A DNA stretch of 64,000 bases from Chloroflexota bacterium (GCA_027623675.1 JAQBVF010000004.1:1-64000); one strand, 5' to 3'; positions 37,827 through 48,767 are shown, counted from the stretch's first letter. Notes: a model not told the origin generated them from the sequence alone. Translations and numbers: made by a program.

Positions 37827-38735
37827 CTATCTCTTTACGGCTGGGACCGGGTTACCGGGGATGTTTACCTGCACCGAGCCCAGGTGGTTGCGGCTGGTGA
37901 AGTACAGGGTTTTCCAGTTGTCTCCGCCGAAGGCCAGGTTGGTGGTGGCCGTGGCGCCGTGGTTGACCCGGCCCAGCTTCTTGCCGGTGGGGTCCATGAT
38001 GTACAGGCCGCCCGAGCCGCCGCAGTAGATGTTGCCTTCGATGTCGACCTTCATGCCGTCAGGAACGCCAGGCTCATCGCCGGTCAGGTCGGCAATCACC
38101 GTGTCGCTCTGCTTGGCCAGTGTCCCGTTGGGCTGGACCTCGAAAGAGCGGATGTGGCCCCTGCGGGAGTCGTTCACATACAGGATGCTCTCGTCTGGGG
38201 AGAACATCAGCCCGTTGGGAACGATGAAATCGTCGATCAACAGGGTGAGCGTGCCCAGGTCGGGGCTGACCCGGTATACGCCGGAGAAGGTCAGGTCCCA
38301 CTGTTCGGCGGGCAGGGGGCTGGTCCAAGGGTCGGTGAAATAGATGCTGCCGTCCGACTTCACGATCACGTCGTTGGGCCGGTTCAGGCGGCGGCCCTGG
38401 AAGCTGGCGGCGATGACCGTGACGCTGCCATCAACCTCTTGGCGGGCGACACGCCGGCTGTCGTGCTCGGCGGAAACCAAGCGGCCCTGTAGGTCGCGGG
38501 TCAGGCCGTTGGCCCGGTTCGTCGGCTCCTGGAAAACGGTAGTGTCTCCGCCGGGGGTGTGCTTCATCCGCCTGTCGTTGTGGATGTCGCTGAATAGCAG
38601 GTAGCCGCCCTCTTTCCACCAGAGGGGTCCTTCGGCTGGGCCCTGGTCTCCGCCGAAGCCGTCGGCCAGGTGCTGGATCGGAGTGTCGGTGGATATGATC
38701 TTGGATAGTTCCGGGGCAAACTGCTCTATCGGCAT
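37827..38735 (-). CDS. SMP-30/gluconolactonase family protein
   Basis: AEGPLW, LLFSDI, RLNRPND, IYFTDP, PNGL.FSPDE, PDGMKVD. Confidence 0.92.
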   Translation of the reverse strand: MPIEQFAPELSKIISTDTPIQHLADGFGGDQGPAEGPLWWKEGGYLLFSDIHNDRRMKHTPGGDTTVFQEPTNRANGLTRDLQGRLVSAEHDSRRVARQEVDGSVTVIAASFQGRRLNRPNDVIVKSDGSIYFTDPWTSPLPAEQWDLTFSGVYRVSPDLGTLTLLIDDFIVPNGLMFSPDESILYVNDSRRGHIRSFEVQPNGTLAKQSDTVIADLTGDEPGVPDGMKVDIEGNIYCGGSGGLYIMDPTGKKLGRVNHGATATTNLAFGGDNWKTLYFTSRNHLGSVQVNIPGNPVPAVKR

Positions 38736-38941
38736 GGTCGCCTCCTTTATCGGTGATTCCAGATGATTTCTAGCCTGGGGTCTGAAATTACTGAGGCATT
38801 ATAATACGAAACCCGTGGGTGCGCGCCGGGCATGGGCCACATCTGTTCCGGCCAGCTTGACTAGGCTCGGCTGGGGGGCTATTCTGCCCCTAATCCGGCG
38901 GAGGCCATATCCTGCATCGCAATCAATTATGGAGGCGCACC

Positions 38942-39298
38942 ATGGCACTGAGTCTCAACCACGTTCATCTCAAGACAACCGATCCCCAGGCAACCGCCCA
39001 GTTCTACATCGACACGTTGGGCGCAACCAAGGTCGCCGATGTGGGGGACATCGGAGTGCGTCTGGACCTGCATGGACTGACCCTGAATGTGACCAAGCAT
39101 ATCGACACCCAGACCAGGGACCAGAAATACGGCATCGAGCATATCGCCATCGACGCTGACGACATTCAGGGCATGATCGACAGCCTGAAGGCCAACGGCG
39201 CCAAAATCTTGGAAGAGACTTCCATTTCGGGCGGCCGGCGGGTGGTCTTCTTCGAGGGCCCCGACGGTGTGCAGCTCGAGTTCATCGAAAACAAGTGA
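38942..39298 (+). CDS. VOC/glyoxalase family protein
   Basis: LNHVHL..FY..LG, GIEHIAI, FFEGPDGVQLEFIE. Confidence 0.88.
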   Translation: MALSLNHVHLKTTDPQATAQFYIDTLGATKVADVGDIGVRLDLHGLTLNVTKHIDTQTRDQKYGIEHIAIDADDIQGMIDSLKANGAKILEETSISGGRRVVFFEGPDGVQLEFIENK

Positions 39299-39380
39299 TC
39301 CATCAAGCATTCTAGGCAGTGGTCCACGCAACGATCCACGCAACAATCCAGGAACAATCTACGAGGGTAGGAGCGCCGAC

Positions 39381-40034
39381 ATGATCTACGAACAACGGAT
39401 ATACAAAGCTGTGCCCGGCAAATTGCCGGCCATCAACGCCCGTTTCGCCAACCACACCATCGGCTTCTTTGAGGAGTTCGGCATCGGAGTGGTCGGTTTC
39501 TGGAACGACGAGATCGGGGAGAGCAACCAGCTCACCTATATCACCAGCTTTGAGAACATGGCCGACCGGGAAGAGAAATGGAACGCCTTCCAGTCGCACA
39601 AACCCTGGCATGAAGTCCGGGCCGAGACCGAGGCCAATGGGCCTCTGGTTAGCCAGGTGATCAACTCCTTCATGAGCCTGACGCCCTACTCGCCCCAGCC
39701 TGCCTTCAAGACCAATCTGCAGGAGAAGCGGGTTTACGACACCATGCCCGGCAAACTGCCCAATCTCCATGCCCGTTTCAAGGACCATACCATGGGCCTG
39801 TTCGAGAAGCACGGCATCCAGAACGTGGCCTACTGGACCGAGGATATCGGAACCAGCAACCGCTTGGTCTACATGGTGGGTTACCCCGACCTGGACGCCA
39901 GGGAAAAGGGCTGGGCCGGTATGAACGCTGACCCGGAATGGCAGAAAGCCAGAGCGGCATCTGAGGTTGATGGGGCGTTGGTGCGGGTGTCCAAGCATTC
40001 GATTCTCCGTTTGACCGACTATTCGCCCAGGTAA
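39381..40034 (+). CDS. Tandem-domain NIPSNAP family protein
   Basis: Two repeats of E.R.Y...PGKLP....RF..HT...F...GI..V..W; ATG after AGGAG. Confidence 0.9.
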   Translation: MIYEQRIYKAVPGKLPAINARFANHTIGFFEEFGIGVVGFWNDEIGESNQLTYITSFENMADREEKWNAFQSHKPWHEVRAETEANGPLVSQVINSFMSLTPYSPQPAFKTNLQEKRVYDTMPGKLPNLHARFKDHTMGLFEKHGIQNVAYWTEDIGTSNRLVYMVGYPDLDAREKGWAGMNADPEWQKARAASEVDGALVRVSKHSILRLTDYSPR

Positions 40035-40133
40035 GTACCCTGCTCTGAAGCAGGTTTTCGTACATCGGCCTGGACCAGATGCGGTCCGGGCCGATGTGAT
40101 TCTTGGCCCATCCGGATTTAAGGACTGACGGAC

Positions 40134-41294
40134 ATGGATGTAGCAAAGATCAGAAGCCAGATACCCGTTCTGGCGCATACCGCCTACATGAACACCGGTT
40201 GGTCAGGGCCATCGCCCAGACAGGTCGCCCAGGCCATGAAGGACCGGATAGACCTGGAACTGGAGCAGGGGTCGACCACATCGGGGGTCTACGAAGCTGG
40301 AAAAGAGATTCAAGCCCGGGCCCGCGAGGCGGCGGCGCGGATATTCAACGCGTCGGTGGACGAGGTGCTGGTAACCCGCAACACCACGGAGGGGATCAAC
40401 ATCGTCATGAGCGGCCTGGACTGGCGCCAGGGCGACGAGATCATCACCTGCAATCTGGAGCACGGCTCGGTGGTGGTGCCCAGTCAGATGGTTGGACTGC
40501 GCTACGGCGTCGCGGTGAAGGTGGTGGACCTGGACCCGCACGACCCCCGCGAGACCATCCTGGCCAAGATCGAGGCGGCATTCACCCCCAAGACTCGCAT
40601 GGTCTTCATCAGCCACATCGAATATTCCACCGGCCTGCGCATGCCGGCGGAGGAGATCAGGAAGTTGACCAAAGACCGGGGGATCCTGTTCATGTTGGAC
40701 GGGGCGCAGACCGGCGGTCACATCGCCCTGGACATGGCCCGATCCGAGTTCGATTTCTATTCCATCCCCGGCCAGAAATGGCTGCTGGGCTACGAGGGCA
40801 CCGGCGCCTTGTTCATCCGCCAAGAGCACCTCGAGCGGATACACCCGGCCCACACCGGCGGCAGGGCGGTGGCGTCACCCATGGACGTGCATAACTTCCA
40901 GCCCAATCCACACACCATGGAGAAGTTCTTGGGCGGGTCGGCTAGCGTGCCTCTACAGGCGGCGTTCTTGGAGGCCACCAAGTTCATTGAAGAGGCCGGT
41001 ATCCAGAACATCGAGGCCAGGAACCTGGACCTGGCGGAGTCGGCCAAGGCCAAGCTGTCGGAGATTCCCGGTGTGACGGTGATATCGCCTTCGGAACGGC
41101 GTGATTCGTCGGGTCTGGTCAGCTTCTCGGTTGAGGGCCAGACACCAGTGTCGGTGGTCAGCCGATTGTGGGAGAACCATCAGGTGGTGGTCCGCCAAGT
41201 AGCGTATCCCGCAGGCGTCCGCGCCTCTCTCCATTTCTTCAATACCGAGGAGGAAGTGGAATTGTTGGCCGGTGGGGTCCGCGAATTGGCGTAA
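40134..41294 (+). CDS. Class V PLP aminotransferase (cysteine desulfurase/lyase-like)
   Basis: YMNTG, NTTEGIN, LEH, LDGAQ, PGQKWLLG, RASLHFFN. Confidence 0.88.
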   Translation: MDVAKIRSQIPVLAHTAYMNTGWSGPSPRQVAQAMKDRIDLELEQGSTTSGVYEAGKEIQARAREAAARIFNASVDEVLVTRNTTEGINIVMSGLDWRQGDEIITCNLEHGSVVVPSQMVGLRYGVAVKVVDLDPHDPRETILAKIEAAFTPKTRMVFISHIEYSTGLRMPAEEIRKLTKDRGILFMLDGAQTGGHIALDMARSEFDFYSIPGQKWLLGYEGTGALFIRQEHLERIHPAHTGGRAVASPMDVHNFQPNPHTMEKFLGGSASVPLQAAFLEATKFIEEAGIQNIEARNLDLAESAKAKLSEIPGVTVISPSERRDSSGLVSFSVEGQTPVSVVSRLWENHQVVVRQVAYPAGVRASLHFFNTEEEVELLAGGVRELA

Positions 41295-41531
41295 TACCAC
41301 GCTCCGACCGTTGCCAAAGGACGATGCCAAACATGCCGGAGCGCCTCCCGCTCCGGCTTTTAATTTCCATTTTAATTTCTGTCGAGCATTGCCAGAATCC
41401 GGGAGAAATTTGCTTTTAAGATGCCGCTAGCGGCGGCCGGTTGGATGGGTATTTGGGTACATTCGGCCCTATTGTGAAATTGCGCGATGCGAGACCATGT
41501 TGCTGGAAAACCTGGGAGGAGGAAATCCAAA

Positions 41532-42449
41532 ATGTACGAGAAGATTCTAGTTCCCTTAGATGGGTCCAAGACTGCTGAAACGATCTTGCCCAACGTTGTG
41601 AGACTGGCCCTCGAGTCCAGAGCCAAGGTCGTTCTGTTAACGGTGGATGTCCCCCATGCGGCCTCAGGCAGGGCTGGTTTTGGTTGGAGTGAATTTGGCA
41701 ACGCGATGGCCACGCTGGAAAAACCGGGGGCCCAAATGAAGGCGTATCTGGACAGCGCGGCCAGCATGCTGGAGGGGATGGAGGTTTATGCCACGACTGC
41801 CACGGCCGCTGGGAACGCGGCTGAGGAGATACTGGCTTACGCGACGACGCACGGATGCGACCTGATTGCCATGTCCACCAGGGGCCGCTCCGCTCTGCGC
41901 CGAGGTCTGATGGGCAGCGTAACCGACGCCGTGATGCGGGCATCGACTGTGCCGGTCCTGGCAGTTGGCCCGAATAGGGTCGACGGAAAGGATTTGGACG
42001 GCTCCATCCGCACCATTGCCGTTCCTCTGGACGGCTCGGAGACAGCGGAAGCGGTGCTTCCTCATGTGGAAACATTGGCTGGCCTTCTGTCACTGGAGGT
42101 CGTCCTGCTGCGGGTGGTGCGTCTGATGCCTTGGGCCTATGGCGCCCATGACGGGATTCCGTTGGACACGACCGACATAGAGCATGCCTTGAAGTCTGAG
42201 GCCAAGGCGTACTTGGCCAAGATCGAGGCGAGGTTCACGGCGAAGGGCATTGCATGCCGCAGTGAGGTGCTGCACGGGGTGCCATGGGACAAGATCGTGG
42301 CCTACGTTGGTAAGTTTGACGACATGATGGTTGCCCTATCCACCCACGGCCGTTCCGGGTTGCCGCGTTTGGTTTTGGGCAGCGTTGCCGACATGCTCAT
42401 CAGGTCACTGGAAACGCCTACTCTCGTCGTAAGACCGAGCCGGCCGTAG
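41532..42449 (+). CDS. Tandem universal stress protein
   Basis: Two USP domains: ILVPLDGS..MSTRGRS..GSV and VPLDGS..STHGRSG..LGSV. Confidence 0.92.
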   Translation: MYEKILVPLDGSKTAETILPNVVRLALESRAKVVLLTVDVPHAASGRAGFGWSEFGNAMATLEKPGAQMKAYLDSAASMLEGMEVYATTATAAGNAAEEILAYATTHGCDLIAMSTRGRSALRRGLMGSVTDAVMRASTVPVLAVGPNRVDGKDLDGSIRTIAVPLDGSETAEAVLPHVETLAGLLSLEVVLLRVVRLMPWAYGAHDGIPLDTTDIEHALKSEAKAYLAKIEARFTAKGIACRSEVLHGVPWDKIVAYVGKFDDMMVALSTHGRSGLPRLVLGSVADMLIRSLETPTLVVRPSRP

Positions 42450-42698
42450 TCTGTAAAAAGAGCACGTCCGGTCCGACTCCCGAGACCGGGTTGGGAGGTC
42501 GTGAGATGGCGCACATAACGGGAGCTGGCCGACCCGAAAAAGGCGTGTCGGCTGTGGTTGAAATCACCGCAAATCTTGGTATTTGGGCTTGGGCGCCATT
42601 TCGGGACTCGCGTGGTTCCGCAATCGGCGCGTGGTCGCGGCGCGGTTTCCGAATCGTCCTTCCTCCCAAGGACTGAGTCGAGAGACACGCTGAAGGAT

Positions 42699-42744
42699 GG
42701 AGGCCTCACCGGCGCACCGTTGGTGGGGCCTCTAGTCTTTTATT
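42699..42744 (+). terminator. Hairpin terminator
   Basis: GAGGCCTCACCGGCG..CGTTGGTGGGGCCTC followed by TAGTCTTTTATT. Confidence 0.5.
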
Positions 42745-42779
42745 GGGTTGGTGCGTTCGGGGTCCGCGGAACGGCGGAC

Positions 42780-43688
42780 CTATAGCGCGCCGGGCGGGTA
42801 GTGTTCCAGCCACCAGCGGGCTATCTCGTCCCGGCGGGCGAACCAAACGTTGGAGAAGTTTTTGGTGTAGCGGAGAAATTTCTCCACGGCGCGGGAGCGT
42901 GCCGGGCGACCGGCTATGCGGCAGTGAAGGCCCACCGACATCATCTTGGGATGACTGGCCCCCTCTTCATACAGGCAATCGAAGGTCTCTTTCAGGTATT
43001 CGTAGAAATCGTTGATGCTGACCAGGCCGCCGCGCCAGAACCGGGCGTCGTTGGTCTCCATGCTGTACGGCACCACCAGCCAGGGCTTGGCCGTCCCCTC
43101 ATTTTCCACTTCCACGTAATAAGGCAGGTCGTCGTTCAGACCGGCGCTGTCGTAGATGAACCCGCCCTCGTCAGCCACCAGGCCTCTGGTGTTCAGGCTG
43201 GGGCCGTAGCGGGTGAACCAACCCACCGGGCGCTCTCCGGTGCTCCGCTCCAACGAAGCCACGGCCTTGGCGATTGCCTCGCGCTCGGCACCAATGTCTT
43301 GCAGGTGGTACTCCTCCCATCGGTAGCCGTGGCCGCAGACCTCATGGCCCTGGGCGGTGATCTCCTTGGCCACCGCCGGGTTGCGCTCCAGAGCCAGGGC
43401 ACAGGAGAAGAATGTGGACTTGACGCCGTGGCGTTGGAACATGTCCATCAGCCGCCACACGCCCACCCGGCTTCCGTATTCGAAGAAAGACTCATTGTTC
43501 AGGTCGCGGTCCTGGGGTGGCACGGGAGACGGCACCTCGCCGTTGGTCTCGTGGTGGGAGTCGCCGTCCAGCGTTGAATATTCCGAACCCTCTTCATAAT
43601 TGACCACCAGGGACACGGCGATGCGCGCGCCTCCGGGCCACTCTATCTGGGGAACGTCCTTTCCGTAGCCGATCAGGTCTCGCTGCAT
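42780..43688 (-). CDS. PuuE-type allantoinase / polysaccharide deacetylase family
   Basis: RDLIGYG, WPGGARIAVSLVVNYEEG, FEYGSRVGVWR, HGYRW, MMSVGLHCRIAGRPAR. Confidence 0.85.
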   Translation of the reverse strand: MQRDLIGYGKDVPQIEWPGGARIAVSLVVNYEEGSEYSTLDGDSHHETNGEVPSPVPPQDRDLNNESFFEYGSRVGVWRLMDMFQRHGVKSTFFSCALALERNPAVAKEITAQGHEVCGHGYRWEEYHLQDIGAEREAIAKAVASLERSTGERPVGWFTRYGPSLNTRGLVADEGGFIYDSAGLNDDLPYYVEVENEGTAKPWLVVPYSMETNDARFWRGGLVSINDFYEYLKETFDCLYEEGASHPKMMSVGLHCRIAGRPARSRAVEKFLRYTKNFSNVWFARRDEIARWWLEHYPPGAL

Positions 43689-43794
43689 CGGGTGTCCTCC
43701 TAGCCTCGTAAGTAGGGGCCATTATATCGCCGGGCCCGGTTGTCGCCATGATAAAATCGGTCACGCTTAAGACGAGCCTCACCGAAGGTGCGCC

Positions 43795-45756
43795 ATGACT
43801 AAGTCCATCACCCCTGACCTGGTTTACCGCCTAAGAACGGTTGGTGACCCAGCCCTGTCTCCCGACGGCACGCTGCTGGCCTATACGTTGGGCTGGGTCG
43901 ACAGCGATAGCCTGGGGAGCCGTTCCCGGATAACCCTGGTGGACCTGGGAGACGGCTCGAGCAGGGAATTGACCCAAGGCGAGAAAGACGCAGCGGCCAA
44001 GTTCTCGCCCGACGGCCGCCAGGTTGCCTTCCTGCGTTCCGTCGGCGGCGCGCCTTCTCAGGTGTGGGCCGTGGGGACCGACGGCGAGAGCGAACAGCAA
44101 TTGACCCATCTGAAAAAGGGCGTGTTCGACTACCAATGGTCGCCCGATGGGCAGAAAATTGTGGTCTGTGCCGATGTCGACCCTGCGCCCGACGGTCCGG
44201 CAGAAGGTTCGGAAGGTGTTTTGGAAGGCATTCCTCAGGTGACAGTGGTCCAACGGATACGCTACCGGTACGACACCCTTGGCTGGCGGGGCGATTCCCA
44301 CTTCCACCTGTTCGTATTGGACCTGGAGAGTGGGGAGGTCCGGCAGATCACGGACGGAGATTGGGACGACACGGCCCCGGTCTGGTCACCCGACGGCTCG
44401 CAGATCGCCTTCATGTCGGGACGCCGCGACGACCGAGATTTCCTCGCCCTGAGCGAGGTTTACAGCGTGCCGGCGACCGGAGGCGAGGCTAGATTGCGGT
44501 CCGAGGGTTTGTTCAGCGTCGGCGCGCTAACCTGGTCGCCTGACGGGCAGCGTCTGGCGGTGGTCGGGTCGGACGCCCCCGAGGGCATGGTGCTGTGGCA
44601 GGGTTGGCTATACGTGCTTGAGGAAGGTAGGGTGCCGAGAAAGCTGACCGACGACACGGTCAGACCCTACCTAGGGTTTCCACCGGTGACGCGGCCGGCC
44701 ACCCTAAATTGGACCGGTGATGGCCGCATCGTCTACTTGGGGGAGCGTAAGGGGGAATCGTTCCTTTTCCGGACGCCCTGTGAAGGCGGGAGCCGCGAGG
44801 TGATCTGGGGCGGTTCCTGCTTGGCCACGGGGTTGTCGATGGACCAGCAAGCCGGCACGGCTGTCGTCGTGGCCACGTCTCCCGCATCCCCCGGTGACAT
44901 CCACCGGGTCGATCTAGCCACGGGCCAGGCGCGGCAGGTATCGGACCATAACCGCGCCTACATGCAGGAGCATCCGGCGGCGCGCCTGGAGAAATTCTTT
45001 ATCCAACGGGCCGGATACGAGATTGAGTGCCGGCTGTTGCTTCCGCCCGGATTCGACGCCGCCAACACCTACCCCTTGGTCTTGGATATACACGGCGGTC
45101 CAAACGGGGCGTTCTATGACGCTTTTGTCCCGGCCCAACAGGTCTTGGCCACGGCGGGATACCTGGTGTTGGCGGTGAACCCCAGGGGCTCGTCCACCTA
45201 CGGCGAGGATTTCATGATGGCTGTGCTCGGCGATTGGGGCGGCGAGGATTACCAGGACCTGATGGCTGCGGTTGACGAGGTCTGCCGGCGGCCCTATGTG
45301 GACTCAGCCAGACTGGGCGTTCACGGCTATAGCTACGGTGGTTATATGACCAGCTGGACCGTGGGGCATACCAACCGGTTCAAGGCTGCGGTGGTGGGCG
45401 CGCCCTGCATCAACCTTCACAGCATGTACGGAACATCTGACATCGGAATCAGCTTCGGGGAGGCACAATGGGGCGGGTCCGTGGCCGACGCGGTGGACAA
45501 GATGTTGGAGCGTTCGCCGATCTCGTATGCGTCCAGGGTTGAAACGCCGGTCCTGCTGCTGCACGGAGACGCCGACGCCCGGTGTCCCATCGGTCAGAGC
45601 GAGGAGTATTTCACGGCGTTGAAACGGCTGGGCAAAGAGGTTGAGTTCGTTAGGTTCCCCGGCTGCTCCCATCTGTTCCCCCGGATGGGTCACGCCAAGA
45701 TGCGTGAGGAATACCTGACTCGGACCCTGGGCTGGTTCAACCGGTTCATAACGTAG
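43795..45756 (+). CDS. S9 family acylaminoacyl peptidase
   Basis: PD40 repeats (WSPDG), IHGGP, GYSYGG, HGDADARC, catalytic His region FPGCSH. Confidence 0.93.
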   Translation: MTKSITPDLVYRLRTVGDPALSPDGTLLAYTLGWVDSDSLGSRSRITLVDLGDGSSRELTQGEKDAAAKFSPDGRQVAFLRSVGGAPSQVWAVGTDGESEQQLTHLKKGVFDYQWSPDGQKIVVCADVDPAPDGPAEGSEGVLEGIPQVTVVQRIRYRYDTLGWRGDSHFHLFVLDLESGEVRQITDGDWDDTAPVWSPDGSQIAFMSGRRDDRDFLALSEVYSVPATGGEARLRSEGLFSVGALTWSPDGQRLAVVGSDAPEGMVLWQGWLYVLEEGRVPRKLTDDTVRPYLGFPPVTRPATLNWTGDGRIVYLGERKGESFLFRTPCEGGSREVIWGGSCLATGLSMDQQAGTAVVVATSPASPGDIHRVDLATGQARQVSDHNRAYMQEHPAARLEKFFIQRAGYEIECRLLLPPGFDAANTYPLVLDIHGGPNGAFYDAFVPAQQVLATAGYLVLAVNPRGSSTYGEDFMMAVLGDWGGEDYQDLMAAVDEVCRRPYVDSARLGVHGYSYGGYMTSWTVGHTNRFKAAVVGAPCINLHSMYGTSDIGISFGEAQWGGSVADAVDKMLERSPISYASRVETPVLLLHGDADARCPIGQSEEYFTALKRLGKEVEFVRFPGCSHLFPRMGHAKMREEYLTRTLGWFNRFIT

Positions 45757-45843
45757 CTGCGGCCCGGCCAGATGGACGGACCGTGAGGAACCGGGACCCG
45801 GGCGAGTTGGTTTCGGGAATCGCGCCGGGGGTAACCGGCGGTC

Positions 45844-48582
45844 CTATGCCTGGTCGCCCGGTATGGTTCTTACCACGTCAGAGCGTGGATCGATGACAGC
45901 TTCGTCTCTATTGGAGATGGCCGCGACCAACTGCTCTAGCTTGCGAATGTCGAAAGGTTTCGACACGACCGGGTTGGCGATGTTGTCGAGAAACGCCCTG
46001 GTTGCAGTACCGACGGTGTCTCCGGTGACGAAAATGATGCGGTCCACGAGTTCGGGGTATGCCGCATTGACCTTCTCGTATAACCCCTGCCCGCCCATGC
46101 CGGGCATCCTTAGGTCCAGCAGGATGCAGTCGTATCTCAGGCACTCAAGTTTGCGCCAAGCTTCTTCACCGTCGCCTGCCTGGTCCACGTTGTACCGCCG
46201 CAGCTCAAGCTGTTTCGCCAGGACCGAGCGTAGGTCTGGTTCGTCGTCCACCACCAAGATATGCCTGGCGGGCTTGGATCCGGCGCCGAAATCTGGTGAG
46301 TTAGAGCTGTCGTCCAAGGCGGGAGCCTCCAAGTTGGCGGTCACCGGCAATCGGATGTAGAAAGTGGCGCCTTCATCAACCTTGCTTGCCGCCCAGATCG
46401 CCGCTTCGTGTTGGGCTAGGATTCCGAGACAAACGCTCAGTCCCAGCCCCGCGCCGGACCCAACCTCTTTGGTGGTGTAGAAGGGCTCGAATACCCTGCT
46501 GAGAATGTCTGAAGGGATCCCAGGTCCGTCGTCTTTGATGCTGATGGTCACGCTGTTTTCCCCAGCGGTGGCCGAGACAGTTATCTGGCCCCTGCCGTGG
46601 GCCGATGAACATGCCTGTTCGGCGTTGGACAGGATGTTTAACAAGACCTGAATCATCAAGTGCTCGTCCATCATGATCAGAGGCAGGTCGCTCGGGACGT
46701 CCTCTACGAGGGTGATATTGTTGATGCGGAACTCGTGAGACTTCATCTCAACGGCTCGGCTTATCAGGCCCGAGATGCCCAATGGCCGCCGGTCCGGAGT
46801 GGATTTTTTGGCAAATTGCAGAAGGTTTCTCACGATATTGGCAGCCCGGTAGGCTTGGGCTGAAACCACCTGAAGGTCGCTGCGGATGCCATCGGGCAGG
46901 TCTTCGTCGAGAATCATCTGGGAATAGAGAACGATCGAGGTCAACGGGTTGTTGATCTCATGGGCGACGCCGGCGGAGAGTTCACCGATCGACGCCATGT
47001 GCTTGGCTTCAGCCAGTCTGCGGTCGGTTTCTTTGCGCTCCGTGATGTCTTCGACAAACCCTCCGATGCGGTAGACGTCGCCGGATTCTTCTTTGACGGG
47101 GAACCCGCGGCTAGAGATCCAGAGCTGCCGCCCGTCGGCGCGCATGATGCGGAATTCCTCGTACAGCTCTCCGGTGATAAGTGCCGTTGCAGCAGCCTTG
47201 TTGACGCGCTCGCGGTCTTCCGGATGCACCAGGTCCAGCCAGGAAAAAGATTTTTCATAAAGTATGCCGGCGGGGATACCCCATATCCGCTCGACGCTGG
47301 GACTGACGTAGACCACCTTGTGCGGCCTCAAGTCGGATAGCCAGAAGCCGCCGTGGACGTTGTCGGCGATCTGACGGAAACGGGCCTCGTTCTCTTGGGC
47401 TTCGACGATCGCCCTCTTCCTCTTTTCGTTAAGGTCGTGATTGACCATTGCGCCGCCCAGCAGGGGGCCGACACGCTCGGCCAAACTCAGGTCAGCTCCC
47501 GCGAATGGATCACCCGACCTGGCCAGGATGAGGACTCCAACCACAGCTTCACCCAACTTGAGAGGCATAACCAGGATCGAGTCATGTCCTGCGTCCCAGA
47601 ACGTTTGCGTTTGCAGAAAACCTTCTGGCGTGCCACCCGGACTGTCGCGGTTGATCACCGCGCTTTCCGCCGACCGGGCGGTATCGAGCGCCACACCGCC
47701 CAAAGCTGCTCGGACGGCGGCTCCGTGATCTGGAGCGGTGTTTTCTCCAAGCACGAATGGCGTGCTGACGGTCTGCTGCTCCACGTCGACCGAATCGATC
47801 GAGATGTGCTGGTACGTGATTAACTTGCCCAACTCGGTGGCGAAATTGGAGAATTTATCCTCGATTCCCTGGGGAGAGCTAACGATGCGGCCGATGTTCG
47901 CCTCTACTTCCCTCTCTTGGATCTCCCTGTTGCGGTGTAGGTCCAACTCGTGATTCGCGAACGCACCGCTACGCAGATCGCTGCCCCGTTCTTCCTGCAG
48001 GCCGACATTCTCTATCAGCGCCCCAAGCATGCCGGTGACGGCGGTTACGAGTTGGACGGTATCCGGATGGAAATGGTCGACTTCGGTTGAGGAGAACGCC
48101 AGCATTCCCACCAGGTTTTCATCGGCCTGGACCGGGCAGATGAGGAAGGAACGGTAAAGAGGCGAATAATACTGCGGCATGGGCTCTTTGAGCTTGGCGG
48201 TATCGCTGATCACCAATGTGGTGCGCTCCCTGAAGGCGCGCGCTATCGGGCAGCAGCGGTGGTTGGATAGAGGCAGGTCAAAATCTCTATCCTTCATGGT
48301 GGACTTCTCGGTGGGAGAGTAGGCCGCAACCAAACGGAGTCCGCTGCCGGAATCGTTCAGGGTCCTTAGACTGGCCACGGCAGAGTTGGCGGTACGGGCT
48401 AACACCGCCAGCATCATTTCAGATTTTAGGCTGTGGTCCATCGGCCTAGTCAGAATCGCGGCGATCTCCGCCAAGGCGTCGAGCTCTCGCCGCCATTGCC
48501 GGCCAGTCTCCGATAGAGTGACTTCGGTGGGCTGCCGGCCGCGCCTATTTAAAGAACCTAGAATATCGCGGATAATCGTCAA
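45844..48582 (-). CDS. Hybrid sensor histidine kinase (GAF-GAF-PAS-HisKA-HATPase-REC)
   Basis: VHPEDRE, EDITERK, GVAHEINNPL, NILSNA, DDGPGI, GLGLS, ILVVDDE, LDLRMPG; start codon uncertain. Confidence 0.92.
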   Translation of the reverse strand: MTIIRDILGSLNRRGRQPTEVTLSETGRQWRRELDALAEIAAILTRPMDHSLKSEMMLAVLARTANSAVASLRTLNDSGSGLRLVAAYSPTEKSTMKDRDFDLPLSNHRCCPIARAFRERTTLVISDTAKLKEPMPQYYSPLYRSFLICPVQADENLVGMLAFSSTEVDHFHPDTVQLVTAVTGMLGALIENVGLQEERGSDLRSGAFANHELDLHRNREIQEREVEANIGRIVSSPQGIEDKFSNFATELGKLITYQHISIDSVDVEQQTVSTPFVLGENTAPDHGAAVRAALGGVALDTARSAESAVINRDSPGGTPEGFLQTQTFWDAGHDSILVMPLKLGEAVVGVLILARSGDPFAGADLSLAERVGPLLGGAMVNHDLNEKRKRAIVEAQENEARFRQIADNVHGGFWLSDLRPHKVVYVSPSVERIWGIPAGILYEKSFSWLDLVHPEDRERVNKAAATALITGELYEEFRIMRADGRQLWISSRGFPVKEESGDVYRIGGFVEDITERKETDRRLAEAKHMASIGELSAGVAHEINNPLTSIVLYSQMILDEDLPDGIRSDLQVVSAQAYRAANIVRNLLQFAKKSTPDRRPLGISGLISRAVEMKSHEFRINNITLVEDVPSDLPLIMMDEHLMIQVLLNILSNAEQACSSAHGRGQITVSATAGENSVTISIKDDGPGIPSDILSRVFEPFYTTKEVGSGAGLGLSVCLGILAQHEAAIWAASKVDEGATFYIRLPVTANLEAPALDDSSNSPDFGAGSKPARHILVVDDEPDLRSVLAKQLELRRYNVDQAGDGEEAWRKLECLRYDCILLDLRMPGMGGQGLYEKVNAAYPELVDRIIFVTGDTVGTATRAFLDNIANPVVSKPFDIRKLEQLVAAISNRDEAVIDPRSDVVRTIPGDQA

Positions 48583-48767
48583 TCTAACTGAATCCTTGGT
48601 CTAAAAACGGCACGGTGAATTTCGTGTAGGTTCAAACCGTGGCGATACCGTGGTTGTACAAGGACAGGCGAATACGCCCCCAACCTGAGATTACAATTTG
48701 TTTGTATGGCCGGAATATCAGTTGGGTAATAATTTTGTGAGAGAGCACTGAGGTCGATTGTTGCTCA

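Noticed and set aside
39323..39364. Degenerate 11-12 bp tandem repeats (TCCACGCAACGA-like)
   Set aside because: Only 3-4 decaying units with no spacers; not CRISPR, probably slippage.
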